Positions 1-8,117 of a stretch of DNA of 32,000 nt are shown here, piece after piece. The DNA is from Candidatus Omnitrophota bacterium (lineage in GTDB: Bacteria; Omnitrophota; Gorgyraeia; Duberdicusellales; 4484-171), in assembly GCA_021735045.1 (NCBI GenBank), contig JAIPHU010000004.1, forward strand, positions 30,001-62,000, written 5' to 3'. A program made the position numbers and the translations under genes. Position 1 is the stretch's first letter. Each line of letters opens with the position of its first letter. The notes beneath the pieces are model-generated. The model did no database searches. It saw only the letters and a program-made list of their open reading frames with translations, and was not told where the DNA came from.

Positions 1-1
1 T

Positions 2-406
2 AAAATTGCTATTCCTATTGATATTTTAAATCGTCCGGGAAAACTTTCTGATCTTGAATACAGCCTAATAAAAGAACATTCACACAGTTGCTATGAGTTA
101 ATGAAAGATTTTGCTTTCCCTTTTCCTTTGGCTAAAGCGGTTTATCAACACCATGAAAGAATTGATGGTTCCGGTTATCCGCAAGGTCTAACCTCAAAAG
201 AAATTATTACCGAAGCCAAGGTTTTAGCAGTAAGCGATGTATTAGAAGCTATGACCAGCCATCGGCCTTACCGGGAAGCTTTGGGGATTGAAAACGCCAA
301 GGCAGAGCTAAAATCAGGAAGAGGTTCTAAATATGATCCCGAAATTGTTGATATTGCAATAGATTTAATCGAGAAAAACGATAACAAGATTTTTTGGAAA
401 AATTAA
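2..406 (+). CDS. HD-GYP domain protein, C-terminal part (5' end lies outside the window)
   Basis: The frame is open from nt 2. The translation contains HHERIDGSGYPQGL, matching the HHExxDGxGYP signature of HD-GYP domains. Stop at 404-406. Confidence 0.8.
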   Translation, partial: KIAIPIDILNRPGKLSDLEYSLIKEHSHSCYELMKDFAFPFPLAKAVYQHHERIDGSGYPQGLTSKEIITEAKVLAVSDVLEAMTSHRPYREALGIENAKAELKSGRGSKYDPEIVDIAIDLIEKNDNKIFWKN

Positions 407-416
407 TAAAATTTAC

Positions 417-445
417 TTGCACTTTTTTTAAATTCGTGATATAAA
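417..445 (+). promoter_or_regulatory. Putative sigma70-type promoter of the oxidoreductase operon
   Basis: TTGCAC (417-422), 17-nt spacer, TG-extended TATAAA (440-445), about 55 nt upstream of the ATG at 502. Confidence 0.35.
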
Positions 446-501
446 CTTTCCTTACATCGTACAGATAAAATAAACTATTGACTTAAATTAACTAAAACAA
501 A

Positions 502-1038
502 ATGAAAGAAATAAAAATTTTTGCCAGAGCCGGACAAGGAGCGATCACTACAGCCGCAATATTGGGCGAGGCTCTTTTCTATGAAGATAAGTTTTCTTAT
601 GCATTTCCGCATTTTGGTGCAGCCCGGATGGGGGCTCCGATGAATGCTTTTTTGCGTTTTGACCAAAAGCCAATCCGGCTGCGTTCTCAAATTTATAACC
701 CAGACTATATTATTGTGATTGATCCAACTCTAATTGAATCAGAAAAATGTTTTAATAATCTAAAAGATCAAGGTAAAGCCGTGGTTGCAGTGCGTAAAAA
801 CACACAAATTCCGGATAAAAAAGATATAACTATCTCCAGCTTGGAGGCAGAAAAAATTGCCAAAGATATCATCGGCCGGCCCTTTGCAAATACGGTCCTC
901 TTAGGAGCATTCGCCAAGGCAACCGAGGAAGTAAAACTGGATTCAATTTTAAAATCAGTGGAAGCAAGATTTAAAAGCAAGCCGGCAGTTTTAGATAAAA
1001 ATTTAGCTGCAGTAAAAAAAGGATACGCCAGTGTTTAG
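502..1038 (+). CDS. porG: 2-oxoacid (pyruvate/ketoisovalerate):ferredoxin oxidoreductase, gamma subunit
   Basis: 178-aa product with an N-terminus typical of the gamma subunit (IFARAGQGAITTA). It is first in a gamma-delta-alpha-beta gene order with overlapping stops and starts. Substrate specificity (por vs vor) cannot be resolved from sequence. Confidence 0.8.
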   Translation: MKEIKIFARAGQGAITTAAILGEALFYEDKFSYAFPHFGAARMGAPMNAFLRFDQKPIRLRSQIYNPDYIIVIDPTLIESEKCFNNLKDQGKAVVAVRKNTQIPDKKDITISSLEAEKIAKDIIGRPFANTVLLGAFAKATEEVKLDSILKSVEARFKSKPAVLDKNLAAVKKGYASV

Positions 1039-1306
1039 TATATTAGCTGCAAAACCAAAATCATCACAGAGAAATAAAACCGGTTCTTGGCGTTCAACCA
1101 AGATGCCTCGTTTTAATGGTAAAGAATGTATAAACTGCGGGCTTTGTAAATTTATCTGTCCTGAAGGTTGTATTGTCGGAAAAGAAAAAAACCAATATTC
1201 AGTAGATTTTGATTATTGTAAGGGTTGCGGCCTTTGTGCTTATATTTGCCCTAAAAATGATATAGAAATGGTAGAAAACAAACAAGAGGAGAACAAAGAG
1301 AAATGA
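1031..1306 (+). CDS. porD: 2-oxoacid:ferredoxin oxidoreductase, delta subunit (2x[4Fe-4S])
   Basis: Two CxxCxxCxxxCP clusters (CINCGLCKFICP, CKGCGLCAYICP) and a GSWR motif. GTG start overlaps the gamma-subunit stop. Confidence 0.8.
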   Translation: MFSILAAKPKSSQRNKTGSWRSTKMPRFNGKECINCGLCKFICPEGCIVGKEKNQYSVDFDYCKGCGLCAYICPKNDIEMVENKQEENKEK

Positions 1307-2478
1307 AAAAATTTCTTGAAGGTTCATTTGCAATGGCTCAGGCGGCAAAATTATGCCGGCCCGGAGTAATTGCTGCCTACCCGATTACTCCTCAAACTCA
1401 TATTGTAGAAAACTTAGCTCAATTTATTGCCGACGGAAAATTAGATGCTAAATCCGTCAATGTCGAAAGCGAACATTCGGCTGCATCTTGTGTGTTAGGC
1501 TCTCAAGCTGCCGGGGTAAGAAGTTTTACTTGTTCTAGCTCACAAGGTTTAATCTTGATGTCCGAGGTCTTATTTTGTATCGCCGGGATGCGTCTTCCGG
1601 TAATGTTGGTTTGTGCCAACCGGGCTCTTTCGGCGCCGATAAACATCTGGAACGACCAACAAGATTCGATTGCAGTAAGAGATGCCGGCTGGATGCAATT
1701 TTATGCCGAAAACAATCAAGAAGCAGTGGACTTAATCATTGCCAGCCATAAAATAGCCGAAAACTCTAAAGTAATGCTTCCGGCGATGGTTTGTGTTGAT
1801 GGTTTTATCTTAACTCACGGTATGGAAGTAGTAGATATTCCCGATCAAAAGGATGTCGATAATTTTCTTCCCTCATATAATCCGCCTTATAAGCTCGATC
1901 CTGAAAATCCAATGAGTTTTGGCTTGTTAGGTACTCCTGATGTATATCAAGAAACTCGTTATGCAATTCAAAAAACATTAGAAGATGTTTTAGGGATGGT
2001 TCCAAAAGTAGGTAAAGAATATAAAGATAAATTTGGGCGAGACAGCCTAAGGTTGGTAGAAGAGTACAAAACATCTGATGCTGAAACTGTTTTGGTTGCT
2101 ATGGGCTCAGTTTGCGGAACTATAAAAGATATAGTTGACACAGAAAGAGAAAAAGGCAAAAAGATTGGATTGTTAAAAATAGTAAGCTACCGTCCTTTCC
2201 CCAAAGAAGCTATTATAAAAGCACTAAAGCCAGCAAAAAATATAGGAGTTGTCGATAAAGATATCTCCTTAGGTTCAGACGGTGCTCTATATTCTGAAAT
2301 TAATTCGTTGCTTCCATCTGATAAAAAAGTAAGTGGTTTTGTCGCTGGCCTAGGTGGCCGGGATATAAAACCTACTACCGTCAAAGAGATTATTGAACTA
2401 ACTGAAAAAGAACAAAATAGTTGTAAATTTGTTGATTTAAATAAAGACATACTCTGGGAGAAGTTTAAAACCATTTAA
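1303..2478 (+). CDS. porA: 2-oxoacid:ferredoxin oxidoreductase, alpha subunit
   Basis: 391-aa product with GSFAMAQAAKLCRPGVIAAYPITPQT, a typical alpha-subunit N-terminus. ATGA overlap with the delta gene. Confidence 0.85.
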   Translation: MKKFLEGSFAMAQAAKLCRPGVIAAYPITPQTHIVENLAQFIADGKLDAKSVNVESEHSAASCVLGSQAAGVRSFTCSSSQGLILMSEVLFCIAGMRLPVMLVCANRALSAPINIWNDQQDSIAVRDAGWMQFYAENNQEAVDLIIASHKIAENSKVMLPAMVCVDGFILTHGMEVVDIPDQKDVDNFLPSYNPPYKLDPENPMSFGLLGTPDVYQETRYAIQKTLEDVLGMVPKVGKEYKDKFGRDSLRLVEEYKTSDAETVLVAMGSVCGTIKDIVDTEREKGKKIGLLKIVSYRPFPKEAIIKALKPAKNIGVVDKDISLGSDGALYSEINSLLPSDKKVSGFVAGLGGRDIKPTTVKEIIELTEKEQNSCKFVDLNKDILWEKFKTI

Positions 2479-2482
2479 AACT

Positions 2483-3367
2483 ATGAACAAAGAACACTTT
2501 CAAGAAAATTGTTATGTTTCCGGCCATACCGCCTGTGCAGGTTGCGGACAATCGATGGCAGTAAGAATTGTGATTAATGCTGCCGGCGAAAATACTATTG
2601 CTTCAAATGCAACTGGTTGTTTAGAAGTTTTCTCCAGTAAAGCACCAGAATCTGCCTTTGGCGTGCCTTGGATTCATTCCTTGTTTGAAAATTCTGCAGC
2701 TGTAGCAAGCGGGGTTGAAACCGCCCTAGTTCATCAAGGCAAAAAAGAGAATATCAACATTATAGCCCAAGCTGGAGACGGAGGAACTGCTGATATCGGC
2801 CTGCAGGCTTTATCCGGGATGCTAGAACGGGGCCATGACATACTATTTGTTTGTTATGACAATGAAGCTTATATGAATACCGGAATTCAGCGTAGTGGCT
2901 CAACTCCGTTTAATGCAAGTACTACAACTTCACCGGCCGGGAAACAATCAACTGGAAATCCACGGCCGAAAAAACCAATGGTAGAAATTTGTGCCGCCCA
3001 TCATATCCCGTATTCAGCCACAAGCTCTGTTGCAAACCCTAAAGATATTGAAATTAAAGTTAAAAAAGCCTTAAAGATTAAGGGGCCAAAATATCTACAA
3101 ATTCACGTTCCCTGTCCTTTGGGATGGAGAATAGATTCTTCTCAAACTATTGAGGTTGCAAAACTTGCAGTTAATACCGGGCTTTATCCTTTAGTTGAAT
3201 ATGAGTACGGTAGGTTGACTAAAACTCGTAAAATAAGCTCACCTAAGCCTGTATCTGAATATTTAAAAACACAAGGCCGCTTTCGTCATCTTCTAAAAGA
3301 CCAAGAAGCTTTAGCCGCAGTTCAGAAAGTTGCTGATAAAAATATTGACTACTACGGCTTAAAATAA
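2483..3367 (+). CDS. porB: 2-oxoacid:ferredoxin oxidoreductase, beta subunit (TPP-binding)
   Basis: 294 aa. CAGCG cluster ligands near the N-terminus and a GDGGTADIG...YDNEAYMNTG TPP-binding motif. Confidence 0.85.
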   Translation: MNKEHFQENCYVSGHTACAGCGQSMAVRIVINAAGENTIASNATGCLEVFSSKAPESAFGVPWIHSLFENSAAVASGVETALVHQGKKENINIIAQAGDGGTADIGLQALSGMLERGHDILFVCYDNEAYMNTGIQRSGSTPFNASTTTSPAGKQSTGNPRPKKPMVEICAAHHIPYSATSSVANPKDIEIKVKKALKIKGPKYLQIHVPCPLGWRIDSSQTIEVAKLAVNTGLYPLVEYEYGRLTKTRKISSPKPVSEYLKTQGRFRHLLKDQEALAAVQKVADKNIDYYGLK

Positions 3368-3378
3368 AACAATAAACT

Positions 3379-3561
3379 ATGAAAATTATAATTGACGAAA
3401 ACGCTTGTATCGGCTGTGGTTTATGCATAAATCTTTGCCCAGAGATTTTTGTTCTCCAAGATAATAATATTGCCAAGGTAAAGTCAAAAGAGCCTTGCGA
3501 TAAAAACCTTCACAAAATCGCTTCCCAATGTCCGGTCAACGCGATCTTAATTAAAGACTAA
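3379..3561 (+). CDS. Small [4Fe-4S] ferredoxin
   Basis: 60 aa with CIGCGLCINLCP plus a distal CP motif. Lies immediately downstream of the oxidoreductase genes. Confidence 0.75.
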   Translation: MKIIIDENACIGCGLCINLCPEIFVLQDNNIAKVKSKEPCDKNLHKIASQCPVNAILIKD

Positions 3562-3563
3562 TA

Positions 3564-4973
3564 TTATTGAGGAACTTCTAACTGGAAGGATAATTTATTG
3601 CGTAAGTTATTTAGGTATTCAACTCTTTTTTCTATTTCTTTGTTGGCCTTGAGATCTTGATAGTAGTTTTCTTTTTCTGCCTTAAACTTATCCGGATCAA
3701 TATCAGTTTTTTCTAACAATTTTACAACATAAACTCCGTTTTTTCTAACTAACGGTTTGCTATATAGTTGGCCTTCTTCTAGGTCAAAAAACACCAGGTC
3801 ACTTATCTTTTTGCTTAAACCAAAACCCGGAATATAATTTAGGTATTTAAACGGCTCTGTTTTAGTATATTCAATTTCTTTTCTTTTGGCATACCCTTTT
3901 AACTTATTATTTCCGGTTGCCTTAACCTCTTTTATAATATTTTCTGCCATTTTTTCGGCTAGACTTTCTGCTTGATCTTTAAGATAAACTTTTTTAACTT
4001 CATCCTGAATTTGAGAAAATGCCGGGACAGACGCTTCTTGTTCATCTATCTTTTGAAAGACAAACACTTGTTCTTTTATCTTAAACGGAGGACTGGTTTC
4101 TCCTTTTTCTAAATTAAAAAGAGGTTGATTGATCTGCGGTGCAAATCCAATATCCGCAATTGGTTGGTTTACTCCAAAAAAATCAGTTTCTTCTACATCC
4201 AGTTCTTTTAAGTCGTCGAGGTTATTACCTGCTTCTAAATAGGTTATCGTATTTTCTATCTCTTTTGAACCTGGATCAAGGCTAATGTATTTTACTTTAA
4301 TCTTTTTTTCTCGCCGAAAAAGGCTTTTATTTTCCTGGTAAAAATCTTTCAGCGTAGAAGAGGGAACATTTGCATCTATCTCCAGCAAATCGTAGGGAAT
4401 CAGTAGATAAGCTATTTTTGCTTCCTGGATTTTTATTTTATAAGCTTTTTTAACCTCTTGGTCGGTAACCTTGATGGTAACATGCTTGTTAAATAGTTTT
4501 TCTCTTTTTAAGACACTCCGTACATATTCTTCAAAGTTACGGGCCAAAAAACGCCGGTTCATTTGTCTACCCAAGTATTTTATAAACTGCTGGTATTTGC
4601 TGGGCATAAATTCATTGTCCGGGGAAAAATAAGGGATTTTCTGGATATGATCGATAACTTCCTGGTCGCTTACTTTAACACTTTCTTTATCGGCTTGATA
4701 AAGCAAAAGATAAAAGTTGGCCGCTAGGCTGTAGATATCTTCAGTGTTGATCGTCTGTTCTTTATCGGCATTCATTAAAAAATAGATTTGTGCTAGTTCA
4801 AGATAGGGCAGGAAATCATCTCTGGTTATTGGTTTTTCTTTGATTTTTCCGATTATGTTTTCTTTGTTGCCGCGCATAGCCGAACTGCCCCAGAGAACAA
4901 AAGCAGGCACGATAATAACTACCATCGCCCAAAGAATCAGTTTTTTGTGTTTGTCGGTAAGTCGAATAAACAT
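3564..4973 (-). CDS. PpiD/SurA_N-like periplasmic chaperone (peptidyl-prolyl isomerase family), membrane-anchored
   Basis: 469 aa. The N-terminal TM anchor (ILWAMVVIIVPAFVLWG) followed by a long lysine-rich soluble region resembles PpiD-type proteins. I could not clearly see the parvulin signature. Confidence 0.55.
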   Translation of the reverse strand: MFIRLTDKHKKLILWAMVVIIVPAFVLWGSSAMRGNKENIIGKIKEKPITRDDFLPYLELAQIYFLMNADKEQTINTEDIYSLAANFYLLLYQADKESVKVSDQEVIDHIQKIPYFSPDNEFMPSKYQQFIKYLGRQMNRRFLARNFEEYVRSVLKREKLFNKHVTIKVTDQEVKKAYKIKIQEAKIAYLLIPYDLLEIDANVPSSTLKDFYQENKSLFRREKKIKVKYISLDPGSKEIENTITYLEAGNNLDDLKELDVEETDFFGVNQPIADIGFAPQINQPLFNLEKGETSPPFKIKEQVFVFQKIDEQEASVPAFSQIQDEVKKVYLKDQAESLAEKMAENIIKEVKATGNNKLKGYAKRKEIEYTKTEPFKYLNYIPGFGLSKKISDLVFFDLEEGQLYSKPLVRKNGVYVVKLLEKTDIDPDKFKAEKENYYQDLKANKEIEKRVEYLNNLRNKLSFQLEVPQ

Positions 4974-5051
4974 ATTGTTAATATATTAACTAGAATTTAA
5001 AAATCTTCAAGCTTTTTCTGTTACACTGATTACACAGATAAAATATAGAAA

Positions 5052-5080
5052 TTGAAAAAATAAGATATATATGTTATAAA
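5052..5080 (+). promoter_or_regulatory. Putative promoter of ssrA
   Basis: TTGAAA (5052-5057), 17-nt spacer, TG-extended TATAAA (5075-5080), about 20 nt upstream of the mature tmRNA 5' end. Confidence 0.35.
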
Positions 5081-5101
5081 AGAGGTGCTGTTTGATAATT
5101 C

Positions 5102-5460
5102 GGGGGTGAATGGACTCGACCTAAAAGGCGATGCGAAAAGGAGCATGCCGAGGATGTGAGTTGCCTGCGATAGTGGTACTTGCAAAAAATTAAATGCAGA
5201 AAACACATTTAATACCACTCCTGCTTACGCTGTAAGTTAAGGAGGCTCTTCTACTTTTCTGCCTCGGAAAGTATAAGAGTTCATTTATGAGGCTCGGAGT
5301 AAGCTTTTGCTTTTCGGGTTTACTCTTAAAACTAAGGAAAGCTGCTTCCTGGTAAATCCTGCCTTTTGGAGCTATCAGGAAAAAGATAAACAAAAGGCTA
5401 AGCATGTAGAATCTTTTTGCTGAAATTTTAGGGACGCGGGTTCGATTCCCGCCACCTCCA
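5102..5460 (+). ncRNA. ssrA: tmRNA (transfer-messenger RNA)
   Basis: The 5' GGGGGUGAAUGGACUCGAC and 3' GGACGCGGGUUCGAUUCCCGCCACCUCCA match conserved tmRNA termini. The acceptor stem 5102-5108/5453-5459 includes the G3:U70 alanine identity pair. An internal tag ORF runs 5196-5240 (GCA resume codon, TAA stop). CCA is not encoded. The track ORFs 5030-5218(-) and 5190-5513(-) are artefacts over this RNA. Confidence 0.9.
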
Positions 5461-5501
5461 TTTTTTCGACCTATCCGAAAAATCAGTAAACCCGAAACAC
5501 A

Positions 5502-5525
5502 TTCGGGGGACACAATACTTAATTA
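5502..5525 (+). repeat. Left inverted repeat flanking the RAYT gene
   Basis: GGGGACACAATACTTAATTA (5506-5525) is the exact reverse complement of 6229-6248. With one mismatch the match extends to 5502. Confidence 0.85.
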
Positions 5526-5526
5526 G

Positions 5527-5554
5527 TTGACACTGTATTAAGGAAAAGTATAAT
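5527..5554 (+). promoter_or_regulatory. Consensus promoter of the RAYT gene (probably a leaderless mRNA)
   Basis: TTGACA (5527-5532), 16-nt spacer, TATAAT (5549-5554). The ATG at 5561 is only 6 nt past the -10 box and has no Shine-Dalgarno sequence. Confidence 0.55.
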
Positions 5555-5560
5555 ACAGGT

Positions 5561-6235
5561 ATGCCAAGAATAGCACGAATTATAGCCGAAGGCTACCCAC
5601 ATCACATAATACAGAGAGGAAACCGCCGCCAAAAAGTATTCTTTCAAAATAGAGACTATCAAGAATATCTAAAACTTTTAAGCCAACATTCAGCCAAAAA
5701 CAACCTTTCTATAGCTGCCTATTGTTTAATGCCTAATCATGTCCATATTATAGCTATACCAAACAACAAACAAGGCCTAGCCAAGGCAATAGGAGAAACC
5801 CACAGAAATTACACCCGAATGGTAAATTTCAGAAAAAACTGGCGCGGATACCTTTGGCAAGGAAGGTTTAGTTCATATATTATGGATGAAAAACATTTGT
5901 ATGCAGCGGTAAAGTATATCCTCAATAATCCAACAAATGCAAAGGGAAAAATAACAGAAAATGTCCTAGATTACCGCTGGTCAAGCATTCATCATCATAC
6001 TGGAAAAGAGAATATACCTTGGCTAAAAGATGATATATTGCAAAACATGATAGATGATTGGAGTCAATATCTAAATGAAGGCCAAGACAATAAACAGATA
6101 GAGCTTTTAAAAAAACATGAACGCACCGGCCGCCCATTAGGAGATAATAATTTTATAGAAATACTTGAGAAGAAATTAGGAATAAGCTTAAAAAAGAAAA
6201 AACCAGGGCCAAAGAAAAGAAGGGGAGATAATTAA
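5561..6235 (+). CDS. REP-associated tyrosine transposase-like protein (IS200/Y1 HUH transposase family, COG1943 type)
   Basis: 224 aa. HUH motif in LMPNHVHIIA. Catalytic-Tyr region AAVKYILNNP...DYRWSS, typical of this family. C-terminal ERTGRPLGDNNFIE tail. Confidence 0.8.
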   Translation: MPRIARIIAEGYPHHIIQRGNRRQKVFFQNRDYQEYLKLLSQHSAKNNLSIAAYCLMPNHVHIIAIPNNKQGLAKAIGETHRNYTRMVNFRKNWRGYLWQGRFSSYIMDEKHLYAAVKYILNNPTNAKGKITENVLDYRWSSIHHHTGKENIPWLKDDILQNMIDDWSQYLNEGQDNKQIELLKKHERTGRPLGDNNFIEILEKKLGISLKKKKPGPKKRRGDN

Positions 6236-6252
6236 GTATTGTGTCCCCGGAA
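6229..6252 (-). repeat. Right inverted repeat flanking the RAYT gene
   Basis: TAATTAAGTATTGTGTCCCC (6229-6248) is the reverse complement of 5506-5525. The transposase stop codon (6233-6235) lies inside it. Confidence 0.85.
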
Positions 6253-6418
6253 TTATTGATTAAGCCTCTTTTTTATAATTACGTTATTTTTTTTATCTTT
6301 TCATCTTTATGCTTCGACATCTCCCATCCAATTAGATACAATTGATTATTCAAGCGCCCAAAGACAAGGTTATCCGACCGATGAAGAACTTATAAGTTTA
6401 GCTACTGAGAAAGGACTA

Positions 6419-6859
6419 TTGCCTGAATCTAATTCTGATTTTGATTTGAAAAAGCATGTGAGAAAAGGGAATACCTTAATTATTTGGCTTGTATCTCCCA
6501 GGCAATACAAAATAGATTTAGTTGACCAGCTCAAAGAAATGAATTTTAATAAAGAAGGTGCTACCATAAGTAATCCTTCTGCTTACTATGTAGACCAAAT
6601 AAATAATGTTATTTATATTTCATTAAAAAATAATCAAATCAAAGGCTATAACAAAAAAGGGATAGGAGAAATATTTAAAACAATAGCAATACAAGAGGGT
6701 AATTTTAATACTAATGATGGCAGAAACGCTATGGAGATAATGAGAGATTATTGGGGAGAAGAAGAAATTGAATGGTACAAGAAGGCTTATCCGGAGAAGT
6801 TTAAGGCTTTGATAGAAATAAATAAAAGAAAAAGAAATACATACCATGTGCCAAAATAA
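6419..6859 (+). CDS. Hypothetical protein (start uncertain; the frame is open from 6260)
   Basis: 146-aa ORF from a TTG codon. The same frame is open upstream to 6260 and there encodes a signal-peptide-like hydrophobic stretch without a canonical start. I recognise no family. Confidence 0.45.
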   Translation: MPESNSDFDLKKHVRKGNTLIIWLVSPRQYKIDLVDQLKEMNFNKEGATISNPSAYYVDQINNVIYISLKNNQIKGYNKKGIGEIFKTIAIQEGNFNTNDGRNAMEIMRDYWGEEEIEWYKKAYPEKFKALIEINKRKRNTYHVPK

Positions 6860-6888
6860 GAATAGGAGATCAAACCTTCAAACTTAAC

Positions 6889-6916
6889 TTGATTTTATTG
6901 TTAGTGGATATATAAT
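6889..6916 (+). promoter_or_regulatory. Putative promoter of the 6964-7621 gene pair
   Basis: TTGATT (6889-6894), 16-nt spacer, TATAAT (6911-6916). Confidence 0.4.
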
Positions 6917-6963
6917 GACACATAGGTTTATATAAATTAAAAAATATATAAAAAGAAATAAGC

Positions 6964-7341
6964 ATGCCTACAGAGCAAAACAACAAATCTAATAAGATTT
7001 CAATTTCATCCTCTAATAAGGAAGTATTACATTCAGGAGCTGTTCATACCTTTAGTGCTAACGATCTCCAATTCAAGCTAGAGGGTTTAACTTTCATTTT
7101 TAGTTTTATAGATGATGGGGGTAAACAACGGATAGAAGGATCTACTTCTTCTGATAAACAGTTGAATATAAAGCTTTTCAATTTCACAAACCCATTAGGA
7201 ACTGGTTTAATTAAACCGAAAAGGATAGGTTCGTATAAGCATAGAGAGCTTTTTATTGCTTTCACTGTCTATGCACTTAATAAAAAATCTACCAAGTTGT
7301 TTAATTATACTTTTTTTGTAGGAGATGAAATAGATGACTGA
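6964..7341 (+). CDS. Hypothetical small soluble protein
   Basis: 125-aa ORF with non-repetitive composition. It overlaps the next ORF by 8 nt, which suggests translational coupling. No recognised family. Confidence 0.5.
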   Translation: MPTEQNNKSNKISISSSNKEVLHSGAVHTFSANDLQFKLEGLTFIFSFIDDGGKQRIEGSTSSDKQLNIKLFNFTNPLGTGLIKPKRIGSYKHRELFIAFTVYALNKKSTKLFNYTFFVGDEIDD

Positions 7342-7621
7342 AGAAAAGAAAAAAGAGGAAAAAAGTCAAAAATCTAATGTTACGGAATCAGGATTGACAG
7401 GAAAAATTTCTGAAACTATAGGGACGGGGCCGCATGCTCAGACAGCTATAACATGGCTTGTGATAAAATGGAGTTTTATCGTAGGTTCTGCTTTAACGAT
7501 TATTATTCTAATAGCTGCAAAGTACGACATATGTGAATTTATATTTGCAAATATCTGGTCTGTGTTTGGGTCAATAATTATGCTTGCCCTAGGTTACTTA
7601 TTTGGAAAAGGAAAGGAGTAA
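7334..7621 (+). CDS. Hypothetical small membrane protein (two predicted TM helices)
   Basis: 95 aa. A charged N-terminus (EEKKKEEKSQK) is followed by two hydrophobic segments (ITWLVIKWSFIVGSALTIIILIA; IWSVFGSIIMLALGYLF). Confidence 0.5.
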   Translation: MTEEKKKEEKSQKSNVTESGLTGKISETIGTGPHAQTAITWLVIKWSFIVGSALTIIILIAAKYDICEFIFANIWSVFGSIIMLALGYLFGKGKE

Positions 7622-7803
7622 TGCATATATTTACGGGGAACTATTTTTATGCGATGATCTTTTTATTGGCGAAACATAGTTTATAAAAATAAGTCACCCA
7701 ATCGAACTTTCTTTAGCATAAACCTTAAAAACATCCTTCTTTGGCCTTATCTTAGGAGACAAGAATAACATGTCTCCATATTTGACAATACCCACAAAAC
7801 AAC

Positions 7804-8025
7804 CTACCTCAATCGTTCAGAACCTCTCACTTCTCCCCACAAATCGTTGAATTCTTGATAAGCAGAGGAGTCGGCTGGGTTATATTCGAAGATCAGATCA
7901 CCTGAATAATGCTCGTAGATTAAAATTTCATCGTTTTCTTTTACAATATCCACGGCTACACTGTTTGTAACCAATTCCCACCTCCGAGGTGGGAATTTTT
8001 TTGTTGAGAGCGTTTGGAAAACCAT
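7804..8025 (-). CDS. Questionable hypothetical ORF (73 aa from the internal ATG)
   Basis: The track ORF 7804-8277(-) overlaps both the + strand promoter at 8038-8065 and the + strand gene at 8118. Only the part from the ATG at 8025 is plausible. Codons 9-19 (KKFPPRRWELV) are encoded by the 34-bp repeated hairpin, so this ORF may be an artefact. Confidence 0.3.
   Translation of the reverse strand: MVFQTLSTKKFPPRRWELVTNSVAVDIVKENDEILIYEHYSGDLIFEYNPADSSAYQEFNDLWGEVRGSERLR
7968..8001 (+). repeat. 34-bp direct repeat, copy 1 (terminator-like hairpin plus T-tract)
   Basis: TAACCAATTCCCACCTCCGAGGTGGGAATTTTTT is identical to 10284-10317. The stem is 7973-7983/7987-7997 (11 bp, 3-nt loop) and is followed by Ts. 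Confidence 0.9.
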
Positions 8026-8037
8026 GGTTTTTTTGCT

Positions 8038-8065
8038 TTGCCTCAGCTTAAGCATGCGATATAAT
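8038..8065 (+). promoter_or_regulatory. Putative promoter of the HEPN-like gene
   Basis: TTGCCT (8038-8043), 16-nt spacer, TATAAT (8060-8065), 53 nt upstream of the ATG at 8118. Confidence 0.45.
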
Positions 8066-8117
8066 TTAATTAATGAATATTCCAGAAAATGCGGGTTCCG
8101 TATATTAATCACTGTAC

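Larger units (their letters stand above)
5502..6252 (+). mobile_element. RAYT/IS200-like HUH transposase unit bounded by inverted repeats
   Basis: A single Y1 transposase gene with its own promoter is enclosed by a 20-nt perfect inverted repeat (24 nt with 1 mismatch), 5502-5525 and 6229-6252. Confidence 0.6.

Noticed and set aside
5030-5513. Two minus-strand track ORFs (5030-5218 and 5190-5513) in the ppiD-RAYT gap
   Set aside because: They lie antisense over a well-supported tmRNA with conserved termini, a G3:U70 pair and a tag ORF. They have no RBS or family resemblance, so I treat them as non-coding artefacts.
7755-7777. Hairpin GGAGACA-N9-TGTCTCC downstream of the (-) ORF 7804-8025 as its terminator
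   Set aside because: No U-tract follows it on either strand and the upstream ORF is itself doubtful. A 7-bp stem alone is weak evidence.
7968-8001. The 34-bp repeat as a degenerate duplication of the ssrA 3' end (island att site)
   Set aside because: ATTCCC-ACCTCC in the repeat resembles ATTCCCGCCACCTCC at the tmRNA 3' end, but only with a 3-nt gap, and the flanks differ. att duplications are normally exact, so I regard the resemblance as probably coincidental.
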